Assembly (NCBI GenBank): GCA_963742735.1
Contig: CAVUMN010000001.1
Coordinates: forward strand, 96,001-160,000
From: an uncultured Actinomycetes bacterium
GTDB taxonomy: Bacteria; Actinomycetota; UBA4738; JBBDTT01
Reading direction: 5' to 3'
Length of the DNA: 64,000 nt
This document shows, one piece after another, positions 42,965-55,551 of the stretch (positions are counted from its first letter, which is position 1; each line of letters starts with the position of its first letter). The position numbers and the translations under genes were made by a program. The notes under the pieces are model-generated. The model worked only from the letters and a program-made list of their open reading frames with translations, made no database searches and was not told the DNA's origin.

Positions 42965-44001
42965 TCAAACGGCCTCCAGGGCGAGGTCGGCCAGCCGTTC
43001 CCCGATCAGGGGCGCGAACTTGAACCCGTGGCCGCTGCAGGGTGACCCGACGACGATCCTGCCGTGGCGCTCCAGGACGAACCGGCCATCGTCGGTGTTC
43101 GTGTACAGGCACGTCTCCGCGCGGGTCGGGACCCCGTCGGCTCCGGGGAACCGCTCGCGGATCCACGCGCCGACCCGCGCCACGGACGCCGCATCCGGCT
43201 CGCCGCGGAGATCCGGATCGATCCCGGGGCCGGCCTGGTGCTGTCCGGCTTTGATCCCCTCCCCCGGACTTCGCAGCGCGTAGATCGCCGGCGCGTCCCA
43301 GTCCACGATGGCCGGCGCCCGGTCGGGCTCGGGCACCGGGAAGTAGGCCACGGTCTCCCGGGTGGGCGTGACCGGAAGGTCGATGCCGGAGCGGGACAGA
43401 AGCGGTCTCGCCCACGCCCCGGCCGTGACGACGGCGACCGCGCCGTCGATCCGGTCCTCCGTCTCGAGGGTCACCCGCACCCCGGAGTCCGCCGTCTCGA
43501 TCCGCGCCACTCCGGTGTCTTCGCGAATCTCGGCGCCCGACCTCACCGCGCCTGCGGCCAGGGCCCGCCAGGCTGCGTCGGCCGCGACCGTCGCCGCATC
43601 CGGCTGGAATAGGGCCTCACCGCGGACGGCGACGCCGAACCGCTCGATGACCTCGCCCGGCGGAAGGAGCTCGAAGGCGGCCCCGGCCTCCTCGAGCGCC
43701 GCGGCGTGTGTGGGCACCATGGTCCCCACATCGAGCCCGCCGGTGGGCGTGAGCAACGCCTCGCCCGACTCGTGCTCCAGCTCCCGCCACAGCCGGAGGG
43801 CGTCCATCGCCATCCGGACGTAGCCGGCCTCGTGATACGAGTACCGGAAGATGCGCGAGGGGCCGTGGCTCGACCCGTGGTCGTGGCCGATCGCGAATCG
43901 CTCGAGGAGCACCACCCGCCGTCCTCGGGAGGCCAGGGCCCGGGCCGTGGCGCTGCCCATCACGCCCCCGCCCACCACGACGACGTCGTAGGCGGCCGCG
44001 G

Positions 44002-44005
<4 letters not shown>
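42965..44005 (-). CDS. Monomeric sarcosine oxidase/SolA-like FAD oxidoreductase; start codon not evident
   Basis: YDVVVVGGGVMG, GSSHGPSRIFR, CLYTNTDD, CSGHGFKFAP; GCG sits where a GTG start would be expected, so the 5' coordinate is approximate. Confidence 0.75.
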
Positions 44006-44719
<714 letters not shown>

Positions 44720-44722
44720 CGA

Positions 44723-45535
44723 CTAGCCCGCCTCGTCGGCGGCCTGGCGGCCGAGGTACGCCTCGATCACGCGCGGGTCGCGCTGGATGGCTGCCGGTTC
44801 TCCCTCGGCGATCTTCTCGCCGTAGTCGAGGACCGCCACGCGGTCGGAGATCCCCATCACGACCTTCATGTCGTGCTCGATGATCAGGATCGTGATCCCC
44901 CGTTCCCGGATGCGCCCGATGAGCTGCATGAGCTTGGCCTTCTCCGTCGGGTTCATCCCGGCCGCGGGCTCGTCGAGGAGCAGCAGCTTCGGCTTGGTCG
45001 CCAGCGCCCGGGCAATCTCCACCCGGCGCTGGTCGCCGTAGGAGAGACTCGAGGAGATCTCGTTGGCGAACCGGTGGATGCCGACGAAGTTCAAGGTGTC
45101 CTCGGCGTCCTGGTGGCCTTCCCGCTCCTCGCGTCGCATCTTTGGGGTCCGGAAGATCGCCGCGAGCACGCCCTGCGTGTGGTGCGCGTCCGTCCCGACG
45201 ATCACATTCTCGAGGGATGTCATGTTCTGGAACAGCCGGATGTTCTGGAACGTGCGGCTGATCCCGAGCTTCGTGACCTGGTGCGGCTTCACGCCGCTCG
45301 GCACGAACAGGGCGGTGCGCTTCGTCGCGACGATCTCCGTCCCGTCGAACACGATGCTGCCGGAGGTCACCGGGTAGATCGCGGTGATCAGGTTGAACAG
45401 GGTGGTCTTCCCGGCCCCGTTCGGCCCGATCAGCCCGAAGATCTGCCCTTCCTCGATGGAGAAGGACACATCCGAGACCGCGGCGAGGCCGCCGAACTGC
45501 TTCGAGGCCCCCGAGATCTCCAGGATCGGGCTCAT
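44723..45535 (-). CDS. livG: Branched-chain amino acid ABC ATP-binding LivG
   Basis: [41 protein letters not shown]. Confidence 0.9.
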   Translation of the reverse strand: MSPILEISGASKQFGGLAAVSDVSFSIEEGQIFGLIGPNGAGKTTLFNLITAIYPVTSGSIVFDGTEIVATKRTALFVPSGVKPHQVTKLGISRTFQNIRLFQNMTSLENVIVGTDAHHTQGVLAAIFRTPKMRREEREGHQDAEDTLNFVGIHRFANEISSSLSYGDQRRVEIARALATKPKLLLLDEPAAGMNPTEKAKLMQLIGRIRERGITILIIEHDMKVVMGISDRVAVLDYGEKIAEGEPAAIQRDPRVIEAYLGRQAADEAG

Positions 45536-46788
45536 CCGCCCTCCTGCGCGTCGTACACCTGCTCCTCGACGACGGCGCCCTTGAGCTCGGCCTTCCGTCG
45601 CTTCGATGGAACCAGGCCCTGCGGCCGGAAGATCATGATCACGACGAGCGCGAGGCCGAACACGAAGAACCGGTAGGACTGAAACTCCCGGAAGATCTCG
45701 GGCACGACGACGACCAGGCCGGCGCCGACGATCGCCCCCGCGATCGATCCCATCCCCCCGATGACCACCGCGGCCAGGATGAGGATCGACTGAATGATGG
45801 TGAAGAAGCCGGGAGTGATCGAGTTGATCTGCTCGGCGAACACCACGCCCCCCACGCCGGCCGTGCACGCGCCGATGACGAAGGCGGCCAGCTTCATCCG
45901 CACCACCGGCACGCCCATGGCGGCGGCGGCTACCTCGTCCTCGCGGATCGCCACCCACGCGCGTCCGACGCGGCTGCGGTCCAGGAGCGTGATCGCCACG
46001 ATCCACAGGACCACCAGGACCAGCAGCAGCCAGTAGTACTTGTTGTCCAGGAAGGTCTTCCACTGGAGCTCCAGCGGGCCGATGTCGATCGCCGGGTGTG
46101 GGATGTTCGAGATGCCCTGGGGCCCTCCGGTGACGGACCCGAGGTTGTTGGCCGTCACCCGGACGATCTCCCCGAACCCCAGCGTGACGATGGCCAGGTA
46201 GTCCCCGCGCAGCCGGAGCGTGGGCGATCCGAGGAGGATCCCGGCGAACACGGCCACGACGATCGCGGCCAGGAGGATCAGCCACATCAAGGCATGCCAC
46301 TCGGGCTCCGGGACGAACCCCTCGGTCCGCTTGACCGTCTGGGCGTAGGTCCCCGCGCCGGTCAGGAACGCCGCCGTGTAGGAGCCGATCGCCCAGAACG
46401 CGACGTACCCGAGGTCGAGGAGGCCGGCGAACCCAACGACCACGTTCAGCCCGAGGGCGAACAGGGCGAAGAGGGCGAACCTCGACAGCGTGCCGCCGCT
46501 CGTGGCCCGGAGCATCCACCCGGGGAGATCGAACCATTGCTTCAGCAGCGGCAGGATCGCCAGGACCGCGATACCCACGACCCCGATCACCGGCAGGACC
46601 CACCGCCGGCGCGGCTCGATCCACGCCTGGACGCCCCGGCGAGCGATGCCGGCGGGCGAGAGGGCCTTGCGGACCCCCGCCCCCGCCCGCTGAGAGACCG
46701 CCAGGCGAGCGTCGGCGGCCCTCCGCTGCCATCGCGTCCAGGGACGGACCCGGCGCCGGGGAGGGCGACGCGGGCCAGGGGCGCTCAT
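45532..46788 (-). CDS. livM: Branched-chain amino acid ABC permease LivM
   Basis: [46 protein letters not shown]. Confidence 0.9.
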   Translation of the reverse strand: MSAPGPRRPPRRRVRPWTRWQRRAADARLAVSQRAGAGVRKALSPAGIARRGVQAWIEPRRRWVLPVIGVVGIAVLAILPLLKQWFDLPGWMLRATSGGTLSRFALFALFALGLNVVVGFAGLLDLGYVAFWAIGSYTAAFLTGAGTYAQTVKRTEGFVPEPEWHALMWLILLAAIVVAVFAGILLGSPTLRLRGDYLAIVTLGFGEIVRVTANNLGSVTGGPQGISNIPHPAIDIGPLELQWKTFLDNKYYWLLLVLVVLWIVAITLLDRSRVGRAWVAIREDEVAAAAMGVPVVRMKLAAFVIGACTAGVGGVVFAEQINSITPGFFTIIQSILILAAVVIGGMGSIAGAIVGAGLVVVVPEIFREFQSYRFFVFGLALVVIMIFRPQGLVPSKRRKAELKGAVVEEQVYDAQEGG

Positions 46789-47774
46789 CAGGACCTCACC
46801 CGTTCACCGAGGATGCCGCTGGGCTTGAACATCAGCACGGCGACCAGGACCACGAACGAGATCGCGGTCTCCCAATGGGTGCCGAAGCAGGCCCCGCCGT
46901 ACTTCTCCCCGAGGCCGAGGAGAACGCCTCCCAGCATGGCGCCCCGGATGTTCCCGATGCCCCCCAGCACCGCCGCCGAGAACGCCTTGATCCCGAGGAT
47001 GAACCCGATCTGCCAGTGCGACGCTCCGCCCAGGAACACCAGGAACAGCAGGCCCGCGGCCCCGGCCATGATCCCGCCGATGAAGAACGTGGTCACCACG
47101 ACGCGGTCGATGTTGACCCCCATCATCGACGCGGCCTCGGGATCCTGGGCCACGGCGCGGATCCCACGCCCGATCCGGGTCCGGTTCACGAACCGATCGA
47201 GCAGGAAGAGCATCCCGAGGGCGACGCCGACGACCAGCACGTGCTTGTTGTTCACGGTCGTGCCGAAGACGGAGAACAGCCGCTCGGTCTCGACGAATCG
47301 CGGTACCTGACGGGGAGCCGGCCCCTGCAGGTTCGGGAGCGTCCAGAAAAGAAGCGCGTGCCGCCCGTCCATCAGCGCGAACAGGTACTGGATGGCCAGG
47401 GACGCCCCGATCGCGCTGATCAGGAACGACAGCCGAGGGGCGCCCCTCCGGCGCAGGGGACGGTACGCGAAGCGTTCGATCGTCAGGGCGGTGACGCCGG
47501 AGGAGAGCGACGCGGCCACCAGCACGCCGAGGAAGACCAGGATCAGCGTGGCCCCGTGGAGGGCCGTGGTCACCCCGAACCACTCCTTGAGGGCGTGGAG
47601 GCTGACCACGGTCGAAACCATGAACACCTCGGAGTGCGCGAAGTTGATGAGCTGCAGCACCCCGTACACCATCGTGTAACCGAGGGCGATCATGGCGTAG
47701 ATGGAACCGGCGGTCAGACCGTTGACCGTCTGGTCCCAAAACTGGCTCGTCAGTCCGTCGAAGCAGCCGTCCAT
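46788..47774 (-). CDS. livH: Branched-chain amino acid ABC permease LivH
   Basis: ALGYTMVYGVLQLINFAH, KAFSAAVLGGIGNIRGA. Confidence 0.9.
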   Translation of the reverse strand: MDGCFDGLTSQFWDQTVNGLTAGSIYAMIALGYTMVYGVLQLINFAHSEVFMVSTVVSLHALKEWFGVTTALHGATLILVFLGVLVAASLSSGVTALTIERFAYRPLRRRGAPRLSFLISAIGASLAIQYLFALMDGRHALLFWTLPNLQGPAPRQVPRFVETERLFSVFGTTVNNKHVLVVGVALGMLFLLDRFVNRTRIGRGIRAVAQDPEAASMMGVNIDRVVVTTFFIGGIMAGAAGLLFLVFLGGASHWQIGFILGIKAFSAAVLGGIGNIRGAMLGGVLLGLGEKYGGACFGTHWETAISFVVLVAVLMFKPSGILGERVRS

Positions 47775-47789
47775 GGCCTCAGTTCATCC

Positions 47790-47837
47790 GGACAGGGAGG
47801 GAGGGCAGGCCCCCGAAGGCGCCTGCCCTCCCTGTCC
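47790..47837 (-). terminator. Intercistronic stem-loop downstream of the binding-protein gene
   Basis: GGACAGGGAG(GGAG)GGCAGGC paired with GCCTGCCCTCCCTGTCC. Confidence 0.6.
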
Positions 47838-47852
47838 GTCGCTCCGGTGGAT

Positions 47853-49107
47853 CTACTCTCCGAGCACCTGCACCGCGTTGCCCAGGTTGGTCAGCGACAA
47901 CTCGCCGTCGGCCGTCGACTCGACCTCGTAGAAGAAGTAGAGCTCCTCGGCCTCGAGTCCCAGCTCGTGGGTGTCGGGGTTGAAGTAGAAGTCCTTCGCC
48001 TCCCCGTCGTACTGGGCGTCCTCGCTGGTCACGCCGTCGAGGTACTCCTTGATCCCGGTGCGGATGTCCTCCGGGGTCTCGGCGCCTCCCTCGATGGCCT
48101 GCTTGATGCCCTCACCGATCAGGCCGGCAGCGTCGTAGCCCTCCGCGGCGTAGATCGCCACGCTGAATCCCTCAGAGCCGACCTCCGTCTGGTACTTCTG
48201 GGTGAAGTCCGAGCTAGATGTTGCTCGGCGCCAGGAGCAAGGCTCCCTCCGCAGCCGGCCCGGCCAGGTCGAGAAGCGACGAGGACACGGATCCGTCACC
48301 CGAGATGAGCTGGATGTCCAGCTCCGCGTCGGCTGCCTGGCTGAGGAACGGCCCGCTGTCGACGTCGTACCCGCCGAAGAACAGGGCGTCCGCCCCAGAC
48401 TCCTTCACGTCGGTGATGATCGACGAGAAGTTCACCGTGGTACCGGTGTTGATCGCGGGCTCGGGGATTCCGGTCTTGCCGGCGATCGTGATCCCGGCCT
48501 CCTTGGCGGCCGCTTCCACGGCCTCGGCGAGCGGCTGCCCGTAGTCGGTCGTGTCGTGCAGGATGTAGAGCGACTCCGGCTGGATCACCTCGGCCACCCA
48601 ACGAGCGGCCAGCGAGCTCTGGAGCCCGTCGTGCCCGATCGTCCGGTACCAGTAGTCCCAGCCGAACTCCCCCAAGTCGACCGCGGTCGCCGAGGCCGTG
48701 ACGAACGGGATCCCCGCGTCGTTGTAGGTGTCACCGCTCGCCCGCGACTCACCCGAGAACGCCGGACCCATGATGGCGACCGTGTTTGGGTCCTCGGCGG
48801 CACCCTGCGCCACCGGCGGAGCCTGGTCACCGCTGCCCTGGGTGTCGGCCTGCTCGAACGTGATCGTCGCCGGATAGCCCTCCTCGGCGTTCAGCTCGTC
48901 GAAGCGGATCTGCGCCGACTGCATCGACGGCAGGACCAGCCCGTTCGCGCCACCCGTCCAAGCACCCTGGCCGTAGACGGTGACCTCGATGCGGTCGTCT
49001 CCGCCAGGAGTGCCGCCCGTACCGGGCTCATCGTCGCCGCACGCGGCGGACACCAGCGCGAACACGGCCAGTATCGCTACGAGCGAAAGCCACTTTGGCT
49101 TCTTCAT
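47853..49107 (-). CDS. Branched-chain amino acid binding lipoprotein (LivK-like); frameshift near 48216
   Basis: Lipobox SAAC, GPAFSGES, ASAT, DYGQPLA, ISGDG; C-terminal part (YAAEGYDAA) continues in another frame. Confidence 0.78.
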
Positions 49108-49176
49108 TCCCCCTCCTTCTCCCCTTGGTTCCCTGTCTTGCTATCACACCCGCCGCCCGGCCACCAACCCGCGGCC

Positions 49177-49773
49177 TCAGGCGTCGAGATCCCCGTCGAT
49201 GACCTTTGTGGCAACGTCCTTCATCGGCAGCCGGCGGTCCATCGCGGTCTTCTGGATGAACCGGAACGCGTCCTGTTCGCTCATCTGGTACCGGTCCATG
49301 AGCATTCCCTTCGCCCGATCCACCACCTTTCGCGTCTCCAGCCGCTCGGAGAGGTCTCCGACCTCCGCCTCGAGGGCCTGCATCTCCTGGTACCGGGCCA
49401 CCGCGATGTCGATCGCGGGCACCAGGTCGCTCTTCTGGAAGGGTTTTACGAGGTAGGCCATCGCTCCGGTTTGCGCGGCCCGCTCCACCAGGTCCTTCTG
49501 GCTGAACGCGGTCAGGATGAGCACGGGGGACAGGTGCTCCTCGGTGATGCGCTCGGCGGCGGTCAAGCCGTCCAGGCCGGGCATCTTGATGTCCATGACG
49601 GTGAGGTCGGGACGCAGGTCCCGGGCCAGGCGCAGGGCGGTCTCCCCGTCGCCGGCCTCGCCGACGACCTCGTACCCCTCCTCCTCGAGCATCTCGCGCA
49701 GGTCGAGGCGGATGAGGGCCTCGTCCTCGGCGATCAGGATGCGGGTGGGGCTGCCCTCCGTGCCCTCGCTCAC
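49177..49773 (-). CDS. pdtaR: REC-ANTAR response regulator (PdtaR-like)
   Basis: AEDEALIRLDL, MDIKMP, YLVKPF, RKVVDRAKGMLM..AFRFIQKTAMDRR. Confidence 0.88.
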   Translation of the reverse strand: MSEGTEGSPTRILIAEDEALIRLDLREMLEEEGYEVVGEAGDGETALRLARDLRPDLTVMDIKMPGLDGLTAAERITEEHLSPVLILTAFSQKDLVERAAQTGAMAYLVKPFQKSDLVPAIDIAVARYQEMQALEAEVGDLSERLETRKVVDRAKGMLMDRYQMSEQDAFRFIQKTAMDRRLPMKDVATKVIDGDLDA

Positions 49774-50060
49774 CCGGCCTCCGCGAGGGCAAGCAGGAGC
49801 TTGTCCTGCTCCTCGACCAACGCGGCGATGAGCGTCTCCTGCTCCCCGACGAGGCGCTCGATGCGGCGGTGGTCGTCCGCGGCGACCTGGAACTCGCGGT
49901 CCGCCAGCGGGGTCTCCGCGACGAGCATGCGCACGCGGGCCTCCTCCAGGACCGAGTCCTGGAAGGCGAGCTGCTCCCGCAGGATCGACAGCTCGGTCCG
50001 GGCCCGGCCGATCTCGTCGGAGAGCGAGGTGAGACGGCGCTTGGCGGTGCTTCCCGTCAT
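49770..50060 (-). CDS. Small coiled-coil hypothetical protein
   Basis: ATG after a GGGG RBS-like run, heptad pattern, stop overlaps the pdtaR start. Confidence 0.65.
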   Translation of the reverse strand: MTGSTAKRRLTSLSDEIGRARTELSILREQLAFQDSVLEEARVRMLVAETPLADREFQVAADDHRRIERLVGEQETLIAALVEEQDKLLLALAEAG

Positions 50061-50175
50061 GGGTACCCCCTGAAGAGGGAGCGCCAGTCTAGGGACGGGG
50101 CTACCCCGTAGCAAGCGTGCGACGATCGGCCGGTGAGCGTGCGGGCCACTGGGCAAGCCCGCACGCTGCAGGAAG

Positions 50176-50261
50176 TGCCGGGGACGGGATTCGAACCCGC
50201 ATGGGCTTTCGCCCAATCGGTTTTGAGCCGATCGCGTCAAACCAGATTGCGCCACCCCGGC
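50176..50261 (-). tRNA. tRNA-Leu(CAA)
   Basis: Acceptor GCCGGGG/CCCCGGC-A, anticodon arm ATCGG-CTCAAAA-CCGAT, long variable arm TGGGC-GAAA-GCCCA, GGTTCGAATCC; CCA not encoded. Confidence 0.95.
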
Positions 50262-50279
50262 ATACGAAGTCTACGGCGA

Positions 50280-51014
50280 TCAGGTCTTTGGTCCCACGAA
50301 CGAGTCGAGAAAGGCCACATCGGGGTGACGGGACACATCGATCGTCCACTTCGTGCTTCTCCACCGAACGCCCAGGTGAGAGCAAGCGTCAGCGAACAAC
50401 ATCCTGATGTCCGATGACCTGTTCGAGAACTGGTATCGCGAGTATTCTTGCCCGGCAACGCGGTTGATCACGCGGCATCCATCCGAGTGGATCAGTCCAC
50501 GGACGAACGGCTTGAGATGCGGCCTGACGCTCTCCGTTTGCCACGCCCGCAGGACGATTGGGCGCTCATGCTTCGGACCCGGTCCGTGCTGCGGAAAGAG
50601 GCAGGGCCAGTGTTTCCAGTAGGCGTTGATCTCAACGCACCCAACCCTGGTCGCCTCCCCGATAGGTCCCCGACCTTTCACGGAGGCCATGGCACGCCCC
50701 GCTTCGGAGATGAGGTCGCGATAACGCGCGTCCTGAGAGATCCGAAGCCTGTATACGCCACGCGGATGAGTGGCGATCGAGCCGTCGCCCAGGTAGAGCC
50801 CCAGCAAGTACGCATAGTCCCTCGCTGGGAGCTCGCGTCCGTGGCATCTGGGGCAGCCGGGTCGCTCTCGCATGGACAGCCGCCCCGAACGACCTCCGAC
50901 CCGCCAGTACCTGATCGTTCCGCGGGCTACGTTCAACTGACGAGCCACCTCGCAGTCGTTCCGTCCTTCGGCGAACAACTCCAGGGCGCGGTCGTACTCG
51001 GCTTGCGGACGCAT
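50280..51014 (-). CDS. HTH plus two-motif LAGLIDADG homing-endonuclease-like protein
   Basis: N-terminal HTH (CEVARQLNVARGTIRYW), CPRC, YLLGLYLGDG and FVRGLIHSDG motifs; GAGG RBS. Confidence 0.75.
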   Translation of the reverse strand: MRPQAEYDRALELFAEGRNDCEVARQLNVARGTIRYWRVGGRSGRLSMRERPGCPRCHGRELPARDYAYLLGLYLGDGSIATHPRGVYRLRISQDARYRDLISEAGRAMASVKGRGPIGEATRVGCVEINAYWKHWPCLFPQHGPGPKHERPIVLRAWQTESVRPHLKPFVRGLIHSDGCRVINRVAGQEYSRYQFSNRSSDIRMLFADACSHLGVRWRSTKWTIDVSRHPDVAFLDSFVGPKT

Positions 51015-51045
51015 AGCCTCTTCATTGTGAGGCGAGGTAGTGACA

Positions 51046-51806
51046 TCACTCGAGGGCGGTTCGGAACTCCTCAACGAGTCCGACTACGGCGCTGAGGTCC
51101 CCCTCCAGCAGCCTGGCGACGATCGCGCTGCCGACCACGACCCCGTCGGCGAACTCCCCCGCTTCCTTCGCTTGGTCGGGCGTGGTGATGCCGACCCCGA
51201 CCAGCAGCGGCTTGGTCGTGAGCGGGCGGAGGGCTTCGACGACCTCGCGGGCGGTTCCCTCGAGCTTGCCGCGAGCCCCCGTGACGCCGTAGGTCGAGAC
51301 GCAGTACACGAATCCCTCCGAGCCTTCGGCCACGAGCTTCAGGCGGTCCGCGTCGGTCCCCGGCGCCGCGAGGAACACGGGCACCACCTCGGCCGCCGCC
51401 GCGCGCCCGCGCCATCCGCCGGCCTCGTCGACCGGCAGGTCGGGGACGATCACGCCGACGACCCCGGCCTCCCGGGCGGCGGCCAGGAACCGGTCCTCGC
51501 CCATCGCCAGCACGGGGTTGTAGTAGGTCATCACCACCGGGGCCGGGATCCCCGACTCGCCGATGGTCTCGAGGATCGCCTCGGGACGCGCACCCGCCTC
51601 CAGGGCACGTGTGGATGCCTGCTGGATGACGGGTCCGTCCATCACCGGGTCCGAGAACGGAATCCCGATCTCGATCGCGTCCGCCCCCGCCGCGTCGATG
51701 CGCCGGAGGAGGTCCGCGTCGACGCCCTCCAGTCCGCCCGTCACGTAGGGCACCAGGGCCCTCGCCCCGGCGTCGAGCCGGGCTCGCAGCCGCGCCTCGA
51801 GCGCGC

Positions 51807-51810
<4 letters not shown>
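51046..51810 (-). CDS. trpA: Tryptophan synthase alpha chain
   Basis: [44 protein letters not shown]. Confidence 0.96.
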
Positions 51811-52984
<1,174 letters not shown>

Positions 52985-52988
<4 letters not shown>

Positions 52989-53761
52989 GCCGTCCCCGCC
53001 CCGGTGAGCTGGCCAAGCAGGATCGCCGGGTCATCGGCGCGCATGAGGGCCTCGCCCACCAGGATGGCGTCCGCGCCGGCCGCCTCCGCCGCCCGCGCGT
53101 GCTCGGCCGTCGAGATCCCGCTCTCGAGCACACGAAGGCGATCGGCGGGGGCCCGGGCGAGCAGCCCCAGGGCGCGCTCGAAGTTCACCTCGAGGGTCTC
53201 CAGGTCGCGGGCGTTGACCCCGATCAGCTGCGCTCCCGCCTCCACCGCGCGCTGCAGGTCCTCCTCGGTGTGCACCTCCACGAGCGCGTCGAGTCGGGCG
53301 TCCTCCGCGGTCTCGAGCAGATCACGGAGCTCCAGATCCGACACCGCCGAGGTGATGAGCAGGACGGCGTCCGCTCCCTCCACCCGCGACTCCACAACCT
53401 GAGCGGGGTGGACGACGAAGTCCTTGCGAAGCAGGGGGACGTCGGCGCTCCTGCGCGCCAGGCGGAGGTCGGCCAGAGAGCCGTTGAAGTGCCGGGGCTC
53501 GGTGAGCACCGAGATCGCGCTGGCGCCGGCCCTCGCGTAGCCGGCCGCCTGCACCCCCGCGTCGACCTCGGCGATGTGGCCGGCCGACGGCGAAGACCGC
53601 TTGACCTCCGCGATCACGGCCAGCCGGTCTCGGCGGAGCGCGGCGGCGAAGCCACGCGGCTCGGGCGCGGTGACCAGGCGAGCCCGGAGCGACCCTTCGG
53701 GAAGGGGCCGCTCCACGAGATCGCGCCGGAGATCTTCGACGAGTCGGGAGAGGAAGCCCAA
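52985..53761 (-). CDS. trpC: Indole-3-glycerol phosphate synthase
   Basis: [39 protein letters not shown]; TATAAT upstream. Confidence 0.95.
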
Positions 53762-53771
53762 GGGACGCGGA

Positions 53772-54269
53772 TTATAGGTCCGGGCCCCGGTCGGATCCCC
53801 CGAAGCGTCGCGAGGCGAGCAGGACCCCGGCGACCATGGCGACCAGGGCGCCCGCCAGGACGAGGAACGGCGCCAGCGCCGGTGAGACCGACGCGTCGGC
53901 CAGCTCGGAGATCGGCCGGTCGGAGGCTCGGGCGATCGCCTCCAGGGCCAGCGTGCGGATCCGGGCCAGGTGATACAGCCCCCCCATGAACGTGACGCCT
54001 GCGGCGAGCAGGGCCACGACGCCCAGCCAGACCGCGTGACGGGGCATCACCAACATCAGGATTCCGGCGACCAGGATGACGACGCCGGGGATCAGCGTGA
54101 GGTTGGCGCCGAGCTCGAGGCCCAGGACCTGCTGGCGGAAGTCCGGCGGGAACAACGCGAAGACGCGGGTGAGGTCCAGACGGACGGTCGCCCAAGGCAC
54201 CAGCGAACCCGCGATGGTGAGGAGTCCGCCGACGAGGACGCCGAGGGTGGCGCCTCCCGGACGGCGCAT
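53772..54269 (-). CDS. Membrane protein, Trp-operon-associated-like (paralog 3)
   Basis: Four TM segments; GSLVPW after TM1. Confidence 0.6.
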   Translation of the reverse strand: MRRPGGATLGVLVGGLLTIAGSLVPWATVRLDLTRVFALFPPDFRQQVLGLELGANLTLIPGVVILVAGILMLVMPRHAVWLGVVALLAAGVTFMGGLYHLARIRTLALEAIARASDRPISELADASVSPALAPFLVLAGALVAMVAGVLLASRRFGGSDRGPDL

Positions 54270-54296
54270 GGCTGCGTGGCCCCGAGGACGCCCGGC

Positions 54297-54971
54297 CTAC
54301 GGGCCGGTCGGCGGTGGCGCCTCGCCCGGTCCCCCGGAGGACTCGGACGAAGGGGGGGCCGCAGGCGGAAAGCCCGTCGCGGTGGTGGGCGGCGGGGCAG
54401 GCGGCGCCATCCCGGGGGGCGAGGCCATGCCCGCCGGCGCTGCCGTCAGGGCCTCCGGGCGGCTTCCACGCGTCCCGAGCACGCCTCCGATGAAGACGAG
54501 CAGGCCGCCGGCGAGGATCGCGTACACGCCGAAGGCGGCCTTCACGTCGAAGACCTCCTTCAGCTGCGGCTCGATCGTCGATGCGGACTGGCCGCTGACC
54601 TTCGCGATCTCGTCGGCGAGCTGGCTGATCGTCGCGTCGGCGATGGCGAGCGTCTCCAGGATGCCGATCGCCAGCGCGGCCGCGCCGAGGACGATGGTGA
54701 GCACGGCCGCGGCCCGCCGGCCCTTCGACGACGCGCGCGAGAGGAGGATGCCACCGGCCCCCGCGGCCAGGATCCCGAAGGCCAGCACCACGTAGCCGAA
54801 CACGTAGTCGGTGCCCTTGAAGGTCTGGCTGGAGGCCGCCCCCAGCTCCGCGGGGAGGTCCGACGTGATCTTGCTCCACGGAAGCAGCGAGGACGCCACG
54901 AGCACCAGTCCGCCGACGATCGCCAGAATGGCCCCCACCGGGGATCGCCGTTCGATTGCCTCCACGCCCAT
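54297..54971 (-). CDS. Membrane protein, Trp-operon-associated-like (paralog 2)
   Basis: Four TM segments; SSLLPW after TM1, KGTD, Pro-rich tail. Confidence 0.65.
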   Translation of the reverse strand: MGVEAIERRSPVGAILAIVGGLVLVASSLLPWSKITSDLPAELGAASSQTFKGTDYVFGYVVLAFGILAAGAGGILLSRASSKGRRAAAVLTIVLGAAALAIGILETLAIADATISQLADEIAKVSGQSASTIEPQLKEVFDVKAAFGVYAILAGGLLVFIGGVLGTRGSRPEALTAAPAGMASPPGMAPPAPPPTTATGFPPAAPPSSESSGGPGEAPPPTGP

Positions 54972-54972
54972 G

Positions 54973-55551
54973 TCAGTCCTCCTCGGAGTCGTCGGCTGGT
55001 GGGGTCGGCGTATTCTGCGCGCCGTCCGGTGCCGCGTCCAGAACGCGAGCCGCCGCCGCGGCCGTGGAGGCGCGATCCCGGGCGCCGATCAGGCCGGCCA
55101 TGCCCCCGGCGGCGGCGAGCACCCCGCCGGCAGCCACGAGGATCACCCCGAACCGGGGTGACACGTCCGGGGCTCGCCGGCCGCTGAAGCCGAAGTTGAC
55201 ACCCGGACGGCGCGTGGCGTCCGCGGCCAGGCGCGAGCGAACCCCCTCGTCGCTCGCCGCGACGTAGATCGAGATCCCGGCCGCGGTGAGTCCACCCACG
55301 ATCGTCAGCACCGCGAGGAGCGCCCGCGCTCGGGGGCTCGACGCGGCCAGCATCAGCAGCCCGGCCGCGAGGGCGACCAGCCCGCCCGAGACCGTGAGGT
55401 TCGCGAACAGCTCCGTGCCGTTCACGTCCACCACCGCGCGTCTCGTGGTCACGCGAACCCACGTGAGGACCGAGCCGTACGCGGCGGCGCTGCCGCCGAC
55501 CGCGGCGAGGGCCACTCCCCATCGGACGAGGCGCGGCGACCCGGAGGTCAC
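54973..55551 (-). CDS. Trp biosynthesis-associated membrane protein-like (paralog 1)
   Basis: Four TM segments; GSVLTW, VNGTE; sits directly after trpE. Confidence 0.65.
   Translation of the reverse strand: MTSGSPRLVRWGVALAAVGGSAAAYGSVLTWVRVTTRRAVVDVNGTELFANLTVSGGLVALAAGLLMLAASSPRARALLAVLTIVGGLTAAGISIYVAASDEGVRSRLAADATRRPGVNFGFSGRRAPDVSPRFGVILVAAGGVLAAAGGMAGLIGARDRASTAAAAARVLDAAPDGAQNTPTPPADDSEED

Noticed and set aside
49108-49176. ANTAR target hairpins in the liv leader next to the regulator
   Set aside because: No paired hexaloop hairpins or terminator could be found by eye.
50100-51045. Integrative element or prophage at tRNA-Leu
   Set aside because: No integrase and no duplicated tRNA 3' end seen; the extra gene lies on the 5' side of the tRNA.
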